A stretch of 64,000 nt of DNA from Candidatus Bathyarchaeota archaeon (GCA_963775465.1 CAVZIW010000008.1:32001-96000), one strand, 5' to 3'; numbered from the stretch's first letter, positions 37,755 through 49,467 are shown. Notes: a model not told the origin generated them from the sequence alone. Made by a program: numbers and translations.

Positions 37755-40241
37755 ATGCAGCCTATGCCTAAAGATTACAATTTCGCTGAAATCGAGCAGA
37801 AATGGCAGAGTAAATGGGAAGAAATGGGTATATACCGCTATGATTGGAATGACAAGAAACGTGTGCCTTTTAGTATTGACACTCCGCCACCTTACCCTTC
37901 GGGTGAACTTCACATGGGCAACGTGCTAAACTGGGCGTATTTTGACATAGTTGCCCGTTTCAAACGTATGCAAGGATTCAACGTTCTCTTCCCCCAAGGT
38001 TGGGACTGCCATGGCTTAGGCATAGAAATCCAAGTTGAAAAAGCAAAAAATATTCGCAAACGCGATGTTTCCCCAGACCAATTTCGTGCTTGGTGTATCG
38101 AACTTGTCGAGAAATACATCGCAATGATGAAGGAAGGCATCCTCAAGATGGGAGCAAGCATAGATTGGTCCACCGAATACAAAACCATGAACTCAGACTA
38201 TTGGCGTCGCACACAACTTAGCTTCATCTTGCTTCACAAAAAAAACTACATGTATCAAGGAACGCACCCCGTTAACTGGTGTCCGCGTGACGAAACTGCC
38301 ATTGCCGATGCCGAAGTTGACCATGTAAAAAAAGAAGGTACTTTGCACTACATTCGCTTTTATCTAGAAGGCAGCGGAGAATACCTTCTAATAGCTACCT
38401 CTCGACCAGAATTTATCCCCGCATGTGTTGCCGTGGAAGTAAACCCCAAAGACGAACGCTACAACAAATACATCGGCAGAAAAATTGCAGTTCCCCTGAT
38501 GAGCCGAGAAGTCACTATCATAGGCGAAGAATCCGTCGATCCCTGCTTTGGCACGGGTGTTGTCCAAATATGCACTTACGGTGACAAAGAAGACGTAAAA
38601 ACAGTCATCAAACATAAACTCCCTGTAATCCGGCTTCTAACTGAGAGTGGAAGAATAAGTGATGCAGGATGCAAATACGCTGGGTTATATGTCAATCAAG
38701 CTCGTGCGGCAATTGTTGCAGATTTAACTGCAGCTGGTTTGCTGGAGAAGTCAGAGAAGATTCAGCATGAAGTTGGAGTTTGTGACCGATGTAAAGCTCA
38801 AGTTGAAATCTTAGAAGTAAAACAATGGTTCATGAAAACCATGCCTCTCTCTGAAGCAGTAGTGCAGAACGCTGAACAGATTCCGTGGTATCCTGATTAC
38901 ATGAAAAATCGCTTAATTGATTGGACTCGAGCTTTGGATTGGGATTGGGTGGTTAGCCGCCAAAGATTGTTTGCAACCCCAATTCCAGTTTGGTACTGCA
39001 AAAAATGTAATGAAGTCATTGTTGCTCAGGAAGAATGGGTGCCAATCGATCCTCGAATGGAAAAACCCCGAATCGAGAAATGTCCAAAATGCGGTGGAAC
39101 CGAATTTACTGCGGAAACAGACGTCTTAGATACTTGGATGGATTCATCCATCACCTGTGCGGTTCACGCGGGATGGCCTGACCGAAAGGATTGGAGACAT
39201 TTATTCCCTGCAAGTATGCACCCTTCAGGAACTGACATTATCCGAACTTGGGCATACTACCTGATGGTTCGCCACTTGGCGCTGTTTGATCAACGCCCCT
39301 TCAATAGTGTGTTAATAAACGGGATGGTGTTGGGTTCGGATGGCAGAAAAATGAGCAAGTCTCTGAAAAACTATGCTGCTGCACCTGAGGTTCTCAATAA
39401 ATATGGAGCTGACGCAACTAGGCAGTGGGCTGCCGGCGGAGGAGCCACAGGCTCAGATATCCCATATCGCGCTCAAGACGTTGAATACGGCAGACGCTTT
39501 TTAGTTAAGCTATGGAACGTTGCTGGGTTTACAAGCAACCTATTAGCAGATTATGACCCTAAAGACAATGCGGAAGTTGACCTACAACTATTCGACAAAT
39601 GGATTATAAGTAAAACCGAGAACCTGACCAAAAAAGTTACTGACGCTTTTGAAAAATGCCAATTCAACATCGCTGTCGAAGAGATCCGTAACTTCACTTG
39701 GCATGTCTTCTGCGACTACTACATTGAATCAGTGAAGGATAGACTTTATCGCCAAGACAAGATGAGTACATCTAAGAGGCGAGCTGCTCAACAAACTCTC
39801 TACGGTATTCTGTTTAAAATTTTACAGTTGCTATCTCCAATAACCCCCCACTTGACTGAGGAAATCTACCAAAATATTTACGCCGAAGATAAGGGTTTTA
39901 AGAGCTTACAGATCACGCTTTGGCCAAAGGTAGATGAAACCCTCGTCGACAAGACAATAGAAGATGAAGGAGACAAAGTGATGGCTTTGATTGAGAATGT
40001 GCGGAGAAAGAAAGCAGCACAAAAGTTGCCGCTAAATATTCCCATTTTGTCCCTTGAAGTCTATGCGGGCACTCAGACAAACGCAGGCATAATCATTTCA
40101 AGCAAGGAAGATATCGCAGGAACTCTCAAAGTTGCCCTAGACGATTTTCATGTTATTCCCAAAGCAGGTCAAGGACAAGAAGTACCACAATTTCCAGGGG
40201 TAATTCCTGTTGCCATCTTCGGGACGGTAACTAAGAAATGA
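37755..40241 (+). CDS. valS: Valine--tRNA ligase (archaeal type)
   Basis: DTPPPYPSGELHMG, GWDCHGL, DWVVSRQR, DTWMDSS, KMSKS. Confidence 0.95.
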   Translation: MQPMPKDYNFAEIEQKWQSKWEEMGIYRYDWNDKKRVPFSIDTPPPYPSGELHMGNVLNWAYFDIVARFKRMQGFNVLFPQGWDCHGLGIEIQVEKAKNIRKRDVSPDQFRAWCIELVEKYIAMMKEGILKMGASIDWSTEYKTMNSDYWRRTQLSFILLHKKNYMYQGTHPVNWCPRDETAIADAEVDHVKKEGTLHYIRFYLEGSGEYLLIATSRPEFIPACVAVEVNPKDERYNKYIGRKIAVPLMSREVTIIGEESVDPCFGTGVVQICTYGDKEDVKTVIKHKLPVIRLLTESGRISDAGCKYAGLYVNQARAAIVADLTAAGLLEKSEKIQHEVGVCDRCKAQVEILEVKQWFMKTMPLSEAVVQNAEQIPWYPDYMKNRLIDWTRALDWDWVVSRQRLFATPIPVWYCKKCNEVIVAQEEWVPIDPRMEKPRIEKCPKCGGTEFTAETDVLDTWMDSSITCAVHAGWPDRKDWRHLFPASMHPSGTDIIRTWAYYLMVRHLALFDQRPFNSVLINGMVLGSDGRKMSKSLKNYAAAPEVLNKYGADATRQWAAGGGATGSDIPYRAQDVEYGRRFLVKLWNVAGFTSNLLADYDPKDNAEVDLQLFDKWIISKTENLTKKVTDAFEKCQFNIAVEEIRNFTWHVFCDYYIESVKDRLYRQDKMSTSKRRAAQQTLYGILFKILQLLSPITPHLTEEIYQNIYAEDKGFKSLQITLWPKVDETLVDKTIEDEGDKVMALIENVRRKKAAQKLPLNIPILSLEVYAGTQTNAGIIISSKEDIAGTLKVALDDFHVIPKAGQGQEVPQFPGVIPVAIFGTVTKK

Positions 40242-40972
40242 AAAGAGTTGGGCTAATTGGCTGCGGTGCCATAGGAACCGTTCTCGCAGAAGCAATCGAA
40301 CGTAAACTGATCTTATGTGACGAATTAGTAGTTTTTGACATTGACATTCCCAAAGCCCAAAAACTGAAGCAAACTCTAAATTTTCCTATTAAAATTGTTG
40401 GCAATATAGACGAATTATTCGCCGCTAAGCCAAAAGTAATTGTAGAGGCAGCTGGACAACAGGCAGTCCAAGAATACTACGACAAACTTCTGGCGTCAAG
40501 AGCTAATTTCATAATAATGAGTACAGGCGCGCTCCTTGACCTGAACACCTCAAGCCCTAAGCTGCATTTTCCAGCAGGCGCAATAGGTGGACTCGACGCC
40601 CTTTCAGCAGCAGCAAACGCAGGGATTGATGAGCTTACTTTGACTTCTCGCAAAAACCCCATAGCCTTGGGAAAAACCAATACTGAAACAAGCATTATCT
40701 ATGAGGGTTATGCCGAGGAAGCAGCAAAACAGTTTCCACGAGAAATGAATGTTGCTGCAACACTTGCTTTAACTGTAAAACCTACCAAAGTCAAAGTTAA
40801 AGTGATCTCTGACCCAGCCGTTAAACGCAATACACATGAAATCCAAGTAAAGTGGCGTTTTGGTGAAATGACGATGAGGTTTGCTAACGATCCGCATCCA
40901 GACAATCCGCATACAAGTGCTTTAGCAGCTTGGTCTGCAATAAAACTCTTGCAGAAACTTCTAGAAGGATAA
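40238..40972 (+). CDS. nadX: L-aspartate dehydrogenase
   Basis: GCGAIG, VEAA, GAIGGLD, FP..NVAA, N.HEI, NP.TS.LA. Confidence 0.88.
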   Translation: MKRVGLIGCGAIGTVLAEAIERKLILCDELVVFDIDIPKAQKLKQTLNFPIKIVGNIDELFAAKPKVIVEAAGQQAVQEYYDKLLASRANFIIMSTGALLDLNTSSPKLHFPAGAIGGLDALSAAANAGIDELTLTSRKNPIALGKTNTETSIIYEGYAEEAAKQFPREMNVAATLALTVKPTKVKVKVISDPAVKRNTHEIQVKWRFGEMTMRFANDPHPDNPHTSALAAWSAIKLLQKLLEG

Positions 40973-41150
40973 AAAAATTTTTTGACAGATTTGAGTTCCC
41001 CTAGAATGCTGCTTATTTTAGGGATAATCCGCTTTAAGAAAATATTTTAAACCTCTTTACCTTCTCAATAACTCTTAATTTTATCATGGATTTTTACTAT
41101 TATGGTAATTACGCTGCAGTAATAATCCGAAGCAATACAAGTGTAAAAAT

Positions 41151-42467
41151 TTAGTTTGCACCCTTGTTCTTTTGATAAATTTTATTTTTCCTAAAAACTG
41201 CAAAGACAACAAGACATGCCATTACCACGATAAGAGAGCCAACGAGAACTACCTTAACTTCAGACTCTGAAGACCCATCTGTGTATCCATCGCTTAATAT
41301 TTTCAAGAAAGCTACGATTGCTGTCTCTTCGGTTAAGGTCAAACCCAAGTTTCCCATATTCATTAAATCGAGGTTGACGGAAGCTTCTGGTTCAGGCCAA
41401 ATTCCCACGTCTCTAGTGTTATAAAAATGCACTATATCTTCAAGCGACTTGAAATAACCATTGTGTCCATATGACTTTACGAATTCTGAGGTGGGTCTTA
41501 AATCAACATTCCGGAGTGTTGGAACCTTAAATGTGCCTAATGCAGGTTCATATACAGTTGGAGGGTAACTCGCGTTTTTCAAAAAGCTTCCAAGCCCAAG
41601 ATCTCTAAAATTTGCTCCATCAGGGTTATATTCACTTGATATGTTGTAGAAAGGATTTTCTGGATTTTTGGGTATGCCGAGATTCCAATAAGTGTAATCT
41701 GTGAACACGGGGAGTTCACCTGAAGGTGTTTGTTCGCTAGGATGGCAGCTGGCACACAAACCCTTTCCCTGAAATAGCTTCAGTCCCTGAGCTTCCTCTT
41801 GAGTAAGTTGAGTCTTGTCCGCAAGATACGCATCATACTTAGATGTATAGGGGTTAACCTCAGATGATCTTTCATAAGCAGCTATTGACATCGCTATTTT
41901 ATCGTAAGCTTCATCAACATTGTTTAATGATCCTTTTCCCCAAACTTCTTCAAATAGTTTGGTGTAGTTAGATAAAATGACCTTGAAAACCACGCCCTCT
42001 TTGTTTGGAATATTCTGCTCAAGAGGATTTAGGAATGGACCTTGGGCCTGTTCCGCAAGTGGGTCACCAAGTGTCCAGCCGGTTGCTCTACCATCAAAGA
42101 ACATGCCGCCTATCCATTGGCTTTTTGTTTCATTGAAATATAGCACGGGGCTTTCACCTGCATATGCGGCACTGGGTGGCGCTCGTGCAGTAAATCGGGT
42201 ATCAATGGCACCTTCGTAGACTGCACCGTGGGCGTTGATATCAGAGTTTGGACCTGTAAATCCTGTTTCTGGAGAATGGCATGCCGAACAAGACACACCG
42301 GATGGCGTTGACAAATTCGTGTCAAAGAAAAGATTTTTCCCTAACAATTCTATTGGGGTGAGACTTTCAGATGCTGATGTAGTTTGTATGTTGAGTGGAG
42401 GTAAGACTCCAAAAAGCAGCAGGAAACAAAGTAAGACGCAAAGCAAAAGAGGAGCAGTTTTTTTCAA
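41151..42467 (-). CDS. Di-heme cytochrome c peroxidase (CcP/MauG family), secreted, C-terminal TM anchor
   Basis: LGKNLFFD.NLS, CSACH, FFDGRA, CASCH, FKVPTLRN, YGHNG. Confidence 0.9.
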   Translation of the reverse strand: MKKTAPLLLCVLLCFLLLFGVLPPLNIQTTSASESLTPIELLGKNLFFDTNLSTPSGVSCSACHSPETGFTGPNSDINAHGAVYEGAIDTRFTARAPPSAAYAGESPVLYFNETKSQWIGGMFFDGRATGWTLGDPLAEQAQGPFLNPLEQNIPNKEGVVFKVILSNYTKLFEEVWGKGSLNNVDEAYDKIAMSIAAYERSSEVNPYTSKYDAYLADKTQLTQEEAQGLKLFQGKGLCASCHPSEQTPSGELPVFTDYTYWNLGIPKNPENPFYNISSEYNPDGANFRDLGLGSFLKNASYPPTVYEPALGTFKVPTLRNVDLRPTSEFVKSYGHNGYFKSLEDIVHFYNTRDVGIWPEPEASVNLDLMNMGNLGLTLTEETAIVAFLKILSDGYTDGSSESEVKVVLVGSLIVVMACLVVFAVFRKNKIYQKNKGAN

Positions 42468-42740
42468 AATCAGAGTCCTTCACTTTACCAAATGTAGCAA
42501 TAATAATATAATACTTTCTTGAAGAGCGATAAATGCATGTACTGACGTTTTGTTAAAACTTATAAAAAACTGCAATTCCCCTTAACATAATTCTAATCCA
42601 ATAACTCTTTTTGTTTTAATTCTCTTATTCCAGCGACAATTTCTGAAATAAAAGCCCTACGATGGAAAAATGGGCTTCTTAGAAAATCCTTATTAATTTA
42701 GTTATTAATTGGGAACTTTCTGTGTTTGTGGGGAAGAATT

Positions 42741-44699
42741 GTGCAGTTTGAACTTATTGCTCCATACAAAATGTCGCCTGGACAAGCTGTAGCAGTTGAG
42801 CAGTTAGCAAAGAACTTTTCCACAAAAGATAAACAAACACTTCTTGGCATCACAGGAAGCGGAAAAACCTTTGTCATGGCGAACATAATCAATAAACTAC
42901 AAAAATCAACCTTAATTTTGGCACACAACAAAACGCTTGCCGCCCAACTATATAGTGAATTGAAGGAGCTTTTTCCCCAAAATCGTGTTGAATACTTCAT
43001 CAGTTTCTACGACTATTATCAGCCTGAATCATATTTGCCTGCTCAGGACATGTACATTGAAAAAGACTCAGACGTTAACGAGCAAATAGAAAAAATGCGT
43101 ATGCACGCCGTATCAAGCATAGTTAGCCGAAATGACACAATAATCGTTGCCAGCATAAGCTGCATCTACAGCTTAGGTAACCCCGAAGACTTCAGAACTA
43201 TGGCCGCCAATCTAGAAGTGGGAAAACAAATATCCCGCGGTCAACTCATCCATGACCTAGTAGACATGCAATACGAACGTAACGATATGGTTTTGGAGCC
43301 AGGCAGGTTCCGTGTACGCGGTGAAACCATAGATGTAGTGCCCTCATATGAAAATGAAGTTTTACGCATTGAATTAGAAGGAAACAAAATCAAAAAAATT
43401 AAGGAAGTCAACCTCCTAAACGGGGATGTAAAAGTATCAGTCGATAAACTAACCCTCTATCCTGCACGTCAATACGTTGTTCCAGAAGAAAAGCACGCAA
43501 TGGCACTTGAAGCCATAAAACAGGAATTAGAAAAACGCCTCCCGGAGCTTCCACCCCTTGAAGCTCACCGCCTAAAACAAAGGACAAACTACGATCTCGA
43601 AATGATAAAAGAAATCGGATATTGCAGCGGCATGGAAAACTACAGTCGACATTTTGACGGCCGCAAACCTGGGGTGCCTCCCTTCACTTTGATAGACTAC
43701 TTCCCTAAAGATTATCTGCTCATCATCGACGAAAGCCACCAAACTATTCCACAAGCCCGAGCTATGTACAATGGTGATTATAGCCGTAAAAAGAACCTCG
43801 TAGACTTCGGTTTTAGGCTCCCCAGCGCTCTTGATAATCGCCCCTTAAAGTTTGAAGAGTTCGAGTTAAAAATGGGCAAAGTTCTCTTTGTCTCCGCAAC
43901 TCCAGCTGACTATGAGTTGGAGAAGAGCGGCTCGCCAGTTGAATTAATCACAAGACCAACAGGCCTTCTGGATCCCGAAGTAGAGATGCGCCCAATTGAG
44001 GGTCAGATTCAGGATTTAATGGTTGAAGCAAAGAAAACTATTGACCGAGGCGACAGAATTCTAATTACCACTCTCACAAAACGCATGGCGGAAGACTTGG
44101 CGGAGTACCTTTCCAAAGAGAGTTTTCGAGTTAGATACATGCATTCTGACATCGACAGCCTTGACCGAATAGAACTGGTAAGGCAACTACGGATTGGCGA
44201 ATTCGACATCTTAGTCGGTATCAACCTTCTACGAGAAGGCTTAGACATTCCTGAGGTAGCAACTATTTTCATTTTGGACGCTGACAAAGAAGGGTTCCTA
44301 CGCGACGAACGCAGCCTCATTCAAACTATCGGACGCGCCGCCCGAAACGTCAATGGCAAAGTCATACTCTACGCCGACAACCAGACAAAATCAATCAAGC
44401 ACGCTATGGAAATTACCTATTACAGGCGAAACTTCCAACGACGCTATAACCTGCAACATAATATAACCCCAAAAACGATCATTAAAGGTGTCTCCCAAAA
44501 GGAAAGCGTAATCAAAGGCACAAAGCACTTGCCAAGATCAGACTTGCAACGCCAAATAGTCGAATTAGATGCAAAAATGCATGAAGCCGCTGAGAAACTG
44601 GACTTTGAACGAGCAATTGAACTGAGGGATACGATTGCAGAACTCAACAAAGCGCTTGCTCGTAAGGCAGAAAATCAAGTGTTAAACCCAGAAATTTAA
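42741..44699 (+). CDS. uvrB: Excinuclease ABC subunit B
   Basis: GITGSGKT, YYQPE, DESH, GFRLPSALDNRPL, GINLLREGLD, GRAARN. Confidence 0.97.
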   Translation: MQFELIAPYKMSPGQAVAVEQLAKNFSTKDKQTLLGITGSGKTFVMANIINKLQKSTLILAHNKTLAAQLYSELKELFPQNRVEYFISFYDYYQPESYLPAQDMYIEKDSDVNEQIEKMRMHAVSSIVSRNDTIIVASISCIYSLGNPEDFRTMAANLEVGKQISRGQLIHDLVDMQYERNDMVLEPGRFRVRGETIDVVPSYENEVLRIELEGNKIKKIKEVNLLNGDVKVSVDKLTLYPARQYVVPEEKHAMALEAIKQELEKRLPELPPLEAHRLKQRTNYDLEMIKEIGYCSGMENYSRHFDGRKPGVPPFTLIDYFPKDYLLIIDESHQTIPQARAMYNGDYSRKKNLVDFGFRLPSALDNRPLKFEEFELKMGKVLFVSATPADYELEKSGSPVELITRPTGLLDPEVEMRPIEGQIQDLMVEAKKTIDRGDRILITTLTKRMAEDLAEYLSKESFRVRYMHSDIDSLDRIELVRQLRIGEFDILVGINLLREGLDIPEVATIFILDADKEGFLRDERSLIQTIGRAARNVNGKVILYADNQTKSIKHAMEITYYRRNFQRRYNLQHNITPKTIIKGVSQKESVIKGTKHLPRSDLQRQIVELDAKMHEAAEKLDFERAIELRDTIAELNKALARKAENQVLNPEI

Positions 44700-44781
44700 T
44701 GTTTAATGCAAAAAGGTTCTAATCTTTCAAATTAAGACTGGTTTAAGTTACTAAGTGGAGAAGAAAAAAGGGTTCAGAGTA

Positions 44782-47685
44782 ATGCGCGATAACATTTCAA
44801 TTAAAGGTGCAAGAGAGCACAATCTAAAAAACATCGATTTAGAACTACCCCGAAACAAACTGATAGTTATTACTGGGCTTTCAGGCTCGGGAAAATCGAC
44901 ATTAGCATTTGACACTATTTATGCGGAGGGTCAACGCAGATACGTTGAGAGCCTATCTGCATATGCTCGGCAGTTCTTAGGTTTAATGGATAAACCAGAT
45001 GTTGACTCCATCGAAGGACTATCACCTGCAATATCGATTGAACAGAAAAGCACCAGCAAAAACCCCCGCTCCACAGTCGGAACAGTTACCGAAATCTACG
45101 ACTATTTGAGATTGCTTTTTGCGCGTATCGGAGTTCATCACTGCCCAAAATGCGGAAGTAGCATCCATCCACAGAGTGCAGAAAACATCACCAGTCTCAT
45201 CATGGCAGACAAAGGCAAAAAACTAGTTTTTCTAGCTCCAATTATCCGAGGCATGAAAGGCACACATGAACAGGTTTTCGATGACCTCAAAAAAGAAGGC
45301 TATACAAAAATCCGCGTCGACCAAAAAATCTATGAAACCGACCACATAAAAGAAGAAGTAAAACTCGTTCGATACGAAAAACATTGGATAGAAGCCGTCA
45401 TAGATACTACCTTGGTTTCCGATGAGGAACGCTCTCGAGTAGCTGAAGCCGTCGAGGGAGCCCTAAAAACAGGCAAAGGCACTATGATTGTAATCGCTGC
45501 GGCAAACCAGGATGCTGGCAAGAAAAAAGAATTGGAACGCTTCGAGGGTGAAACCATGTATAGCACATTTGGTGCTTGCCCAAACCACCCCGAAATTGTC
45601 TTTGAAAGCCTTGAACCTCGCATGTTCAGCTTCAACTCACCCTTTGGCGCTTGTCCAACTTGCCACGGACTGGGCGAAATAACCGAAGTTACTGCAGACA
45701 AAGTAATTCCAGATAAAAACCTTACAATTATGGATGGCGCATTAGCAGTCTACAAAGGAACCATGGAACTCAGCTGGCGGGCACAACAAATAGCAACAGT
45801 GGGCAAAAAATACGGTTTCGATATCTTTACTCCAATTAAAGACTTTACAGAAAAACAACTCCAAGTTCTACTTTACGGCGACAAAGAACCCATCGATGGA
45901 ACCTGGTCTAACGGCGCCAGCATGTGGATGCGAGATGGCTGGGAAGGAATAATTCCACAAACCATGAGACTCTACCGCCAAACCGAAAGTGAATGGCGAA
46001 AAGAAGATATCGAAAAATACATGACTTCTCGACCTTGCCAAACATGCAAAGGAAAAAAACTCCAGCCAGTTGTTCTTGCTGTACAAATCTTGGGCAAAAG
46101 CATAATTGACGTCACTGACATGTCGATTGAAGAATCTGTCGACTTTTTCCGCGATCTGCCACCCCAATTGAACGAAAAAGAGACCACAATAGCTAAACAG
46201 GTTCTCAAAGAAATCAACGAACGCCTAGGCTTTCTCAAGAATGTCGGATTAGGTTACCTTTCTCTGTCACGAGCAGCCAAGACTCTTTCCGGCGGAGAAG
46301 CCCAACGTATTCGATTAGCAACGCAGATTGGAAGCAACCTTATGGGCGTTCTCTACATTCTTGATGAACCAAGCATAGGCTTGCACCAACGGGACAATGC
46401 CAAACTCATCCGCACCCTACAACGCCTGCGTGACTTGGGCAATACCCTAATCGTTGTTGAGCACGATGAAGAAACAATGAGGCATGCAGACTGCATTGTC
46501 GACATGGGACCAGGCGCAGGAGTCCATGGCGGACACATAGTTGCAGAAGGTTCGCCCCAAGAAATCATGGAAAACCCCCGAAGCTTAACAGGCAAATATC
46601 TCTCGGGTGAACTCAAGATCGAAATCCCTTCTGAACGACGCAAACCCATCAATTACATGGTAATTAGCGGCGCAGAAGAAAATAACCTTAAGCACCTCAA
46701 CATTCGACTGCCACTTGGCGTTCTATGCGGAGTCACGGGCGTTTCAGGTTCAGGCAAAAGCACCCTGATGAACTTAACAGTTATCCCAGAATTGCGAAAA
46801 ATGTTCGGAGAACAAGTTGACAAAATTGGAAAACACGAAGCGCTGGATGTTCCACCATTTGTACGCAACGTAATAGTTATCGACCAAGACCCAATCGGCA
46901 GAACACCAAGAAGCAACCCAGCAACCTACACAAAACTTTTTGATGAAATTCGTCGCATTTTCGCCTCCACAAAAGAAGCTAAAGCCCGAGGCTACAAAGA
47001 AGGCCGATTTAGCTTCAACGTCAAAGGGGGTAGATGTGAAACTTGCAAAGGTGACGGTGTAATAAGAATCGAAATGAACTTCCTTCCTGACGTATACGTT
47101 CAATGCAGCGAATGCAAAGGCAAACGTTACAACAAAGAAACCCTCTCCATTAGCTACAAAGGCAAAAACATCGCCGAAATCCTTGCTATGACAGTGGAAG
47201 AAGCAGCAAAATTCTTTGAAAACACTCCACGAGTCTCTCGAAAACTCCAGACTCTGCTCGATGTAGGGTTAGGCTACATTAAGTTAGGGCAAAGCTCAAC
47301 GCAACTCTCAGGCGGGGAAAGCCAACGAATCAAAATAACCCGCGAACTCAGTAAACACAAAAAAGGGCATGTCATTTATATGCTGGATGAACCAACAACA
47401 GGTTTACATTTTGACGACACAAAGCGGTTGATTCGTGTTCTAAATCGACTAGTGGATAATGGCAACACAGTATACATCATTGAACACAACCTTGACGTCA
47501 TAAAAAGCTGTGACTACCTAATCGACTTAGGTCCCGAAGGCGGAGCAGCGGGCGGCGAACTCTTAGCTCAAGGTACACCTGAAGAACTAACAAAAATAGA
47601 GCAGTCTTACACTGGAAAGTTCTTGGAAAAGATACTTAACAACGAGCTCCAAGAAATTATGTTAACAGTGAAGCAGTCTCCATGA
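44782..47685 (+). CDS. uvrA: Excinuclease ABC subunit A
   Basis: GAREHNLKN, two Walker A motifs (GSGKS), two LSGGE motifs, Zn-finger CxxC motifs. Confidence 0.97.
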   Translation: MRDNISIKGAREHNLKNIDLELPRNKLIVITGLSGSGKSTLAFDTIYAEGQRRYVESLSAYARQFLGLMDKPDVDSIEGLSPAISIEQKSTSKNPRSTVGTVTEIYDYLRLLFARIGVHHCPKCGSSIHPQSAENITSLIMADKGKKLVFLAPIIRGMKGTHEQVFDDLKKEGYTKIRVDQKIYETDHIKEEVKLVRYEKHWIEAVIDTTLVSDEERSRVAEAVEGALKTGKGTMIVIAAANQDAGKKKELERFEGETMYSTFGACPNHPEIVFESLEPRMFSFNSPFGACPTCHGLGEITEVTADKVIPDKNLTIMDGALAVYKGTMELSWRAQQIATVGKKYGFDIFTPIKDFTEKQLQVLLYGDKEPIDGTWSNGASMWMRDGWEGIIPQTMRLYRQTESEWRKEDIEKYMTSRPCQTCKGKKLQPVVLAVQILGKSIIDVTDMSIEESVDFFRDLPPQLNEKETTIAKQVLKEINERLGFLKNVGLGYLSLSRAAKTLSGGEAQRIRLATQIGSNLMGVLYILDEPSIGLHQRDNAKLIRTLQRLRDLGNTLIVVEHDEETMRHADCIVDMGPGAGVHGGHIVAEGSPQEIMENPRSLTGKYLSGELKIEIPSERRKPINYMVISGAEENNLKHLNIRLPLGVLCGVTGVSGSGKSTLMNLTVIPELRKMFGEQVDKIGKHEALDVPPFVRNVIVIDQDPIGRTPRSNPATYTKLFDEIRRIFASTKEAKARGYKEGRFSFNVKGGRCETCKGDGVIRIEMNFLPDVYVQCSECKGKRYNKETLSISYKGKNIAEILAMTVEEAAKFFENTPRVSRKLQTLLDVGLGYIKLGQSSTQLSGGESQRIKITRELSKHKKGHVIYMLDEPTTGLHFDDTKRLIRVLNRLVDNGNTVYIIEHNLDVIKSCDYLIDLGPEGGAAGGELLAQGTPEELTKIEQSYTGKFLEKILNNELQEIMLTVKQSP

Positions 47686-49301
47686 TTCAAATTGATTCAC
47701 CCTCTGACTTTAAGAGCTCCGATATACCAACCCAACCAGGCGTCTACCTGTACCGCGACGAAGCAGATGAAATTCTATATGTGGGCAAAGCTAAAAACCT
47801 TCGCAGCCGAGTAAAAAGTTACTTTGCAAGCAAAGATCAGCCCATAAAAACACGGCAGCTTGTGACTCGAATCCGCAAAATCGACTGGGTCATCGTGAAT
47901 AACGAAGTCGAAGCCCTACTTTTAGAGAACAAGCTCATCAAGCAACACACCCCCAAATACAACGTTAACCTCAAAGACGCCAAAACCTTCGCTTACATTG
48001 CATTTACTAGAGAACTTTTTCCTCGAATATTGACCAGCCGAAAAGTTTCGCGCAAACTCGAGTCCTTTGGTCCTTACACCGACGGCTTTACGCGCCAAGA
48101 CCTCCAACGGCTAGTTGTCAGAGTTTTTAAACTGCGCACATGCAAGACAATTCCCAAACGTGCCTGCCTGAACTATCACATTCACCTTTGCACCGCCCCC
48201 TGCATTGGAAAAGTGACCACCGAACAATACTTCGACCAGGTAAACCAAGCACGATCTTTCCTCAACGGTAATTACCAACAAACGGCTGAGCAACTTAAAG
48301 TTCAAATGCTAGCTGCATCTGAAGAGCAGCAATACGAAACTGCTCTTGAACTTCGTAACCAAATCCAATCAATCCGGCTCCTGACCGAGCGACAGATCGT
48401 AGATAACGAACGACGCTTCGACCAAGATGTACTAGTTTTTCGTCGGGTGGGTGAGAAAATGTTAGCTGTTCAGATGGGAGTACGCAAGGGAGTGCTTTTA
48501 GGCAAGAAAGAATTCAGTGTTGAAGTTCAGCCTCAGATTGAAGAAGAATTCTTGAAGGCCTTCTACACCGCCAACCAGATTCCTCGAGAAATCCTACTAA
48601 ACAAACCCTGCTGGCAAAACAACGAAGAAAGGAAAGCATTAGAAGAGTTTCTTGCCGCCAAGCGACTGGCTCCTGTTTCATTACGAATTCCCAGAAAAGC
48701 CGATAAATTGGCACTTTTAAGATTGGCTGAGAAAAATCTCGAATCATCCTTAGATGTCGACTGCGCACTTGTAGATCTGCAAAACAACCTAAACCTGCCC
48801 GTGCTGCCTCAAGTAATAGAATGCTTCGACATATCTAACCTTGGCACAGAACACGTTGTATCAGGTATGGTTGCTTTCAAAGATGCTAAACCTGACAAGA
48901 AAAACTACCGCAAATTCAAAATCAAAACCTTCACTGGACAAGATGACTTTGCCAGCGTCAATGAAGTTGTCGCAAGACGCTACAAACGCCAAATTGAAGA
49001 GAAAAACCAATTGCCCGATCTGGTGGTTATAGATGGCGGACCAGGACAGGTTAGCGCCGCAAAGCATGCATTGCAAACACTTGGACTGCAGCTTCCAATC
49101 ATCGGTTTAGCCAAAGAGCATGAAGAAATTTACTTACCTGGCGAATCTGGACCTCGAAGATTTGACAAGAATAACCGAATGATGCTTCTGCTACGTAAAA
49201 TCCGTGATGCAGCCCACGACTTCTCATTAGGTTACAACCGCAAACGAAGACAGATGAAAATCCGAGAAGAGTTCAAACCAAAAAAACCTCGCCCGAAATA
49301 A
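47682..49301 (+). CDS. uvrC: Excinuclease ABC subunit C
   Basis: PGVY...YVGKAKNLRSRV GIY-YIG, ECFDIS, DDF, IDGGPGQ, LAK, RD.AH. Confidence 0.95.
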   Translation: MIQIDSPSDFKSSDIPTQPGVYLYRDEADEILYVGKAKNLRSRVKSYFASKDQPIKTRQLVTRIRKIDWVIVNNEVEALLLENKLIKQHTPKYNVNLKDAKTFAYIAFTRELFPRILTSRKVSRKLESFGPYTDGFTRQDLQRLVVRVFKLRTCKTIPKRACLNYHIHLCTAPCIGKVTTEQYFDQVNQARSFLNGNYQQTAEQLKVQMLAASEEQQYETALELRNQIQSIRLLTERQIVDNERRFDQDVLVFRRVGEKMLAVQMGVRKGVLLGKKEFSVEVQPQIEEEFLKAFYTANQIPREILLNKPCWQNNEERKALEEFLAAKRLAPVSLRIPRKADKLALLRLAEKNLESSLDVDCALVDLQNNLNLPVLPQVIECFDISNLGTEHVVSGMVAFKDAKPDKKNYRKFKIKTFTGQDDFASVNEVVARRYKRQIEEKNQLPDLVVIDGGPGQVSAAKHALQTLGLQLPIIGLAKEHEEIYLPGESGPRRFDKNNRMMLLLRKIRDAAHDFSLGYNRKRRQMKIREEFKPKKPRPK

Positions 49302-49387
49302 ACAAAAATTCTATCATGCAGGATTAGAAACAATACGTTTCACGCATATTAGAAATTCAATGTTTAAACTATTAGAGAATGGGTCTG

Positions 49388-49467
49388 TGCCTCAGCATTC
49401 GTATAACCGTCATCATCTCAGGGACTACCAATCCCCTCTCAGACTGACGTGTTAATCGTCATAGGCA
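49388..49467 (-). ncRNA. Candidate box C/D guide sRNA
   Basis: TGCCT-ATGACGA(C)-13nt-CTGA(D')-hairpin-ATGATGA(C')-14nt-CTGA(D)-GGCA; terminal stem; TTTTTAT TATA about 25 nt upstream. Confidence 0.75.

Noticed and set aside
37549-37929. 126-aa and 68-aa ORFs
   Set aside because: Overlap the TPP riboswitch and the valS start
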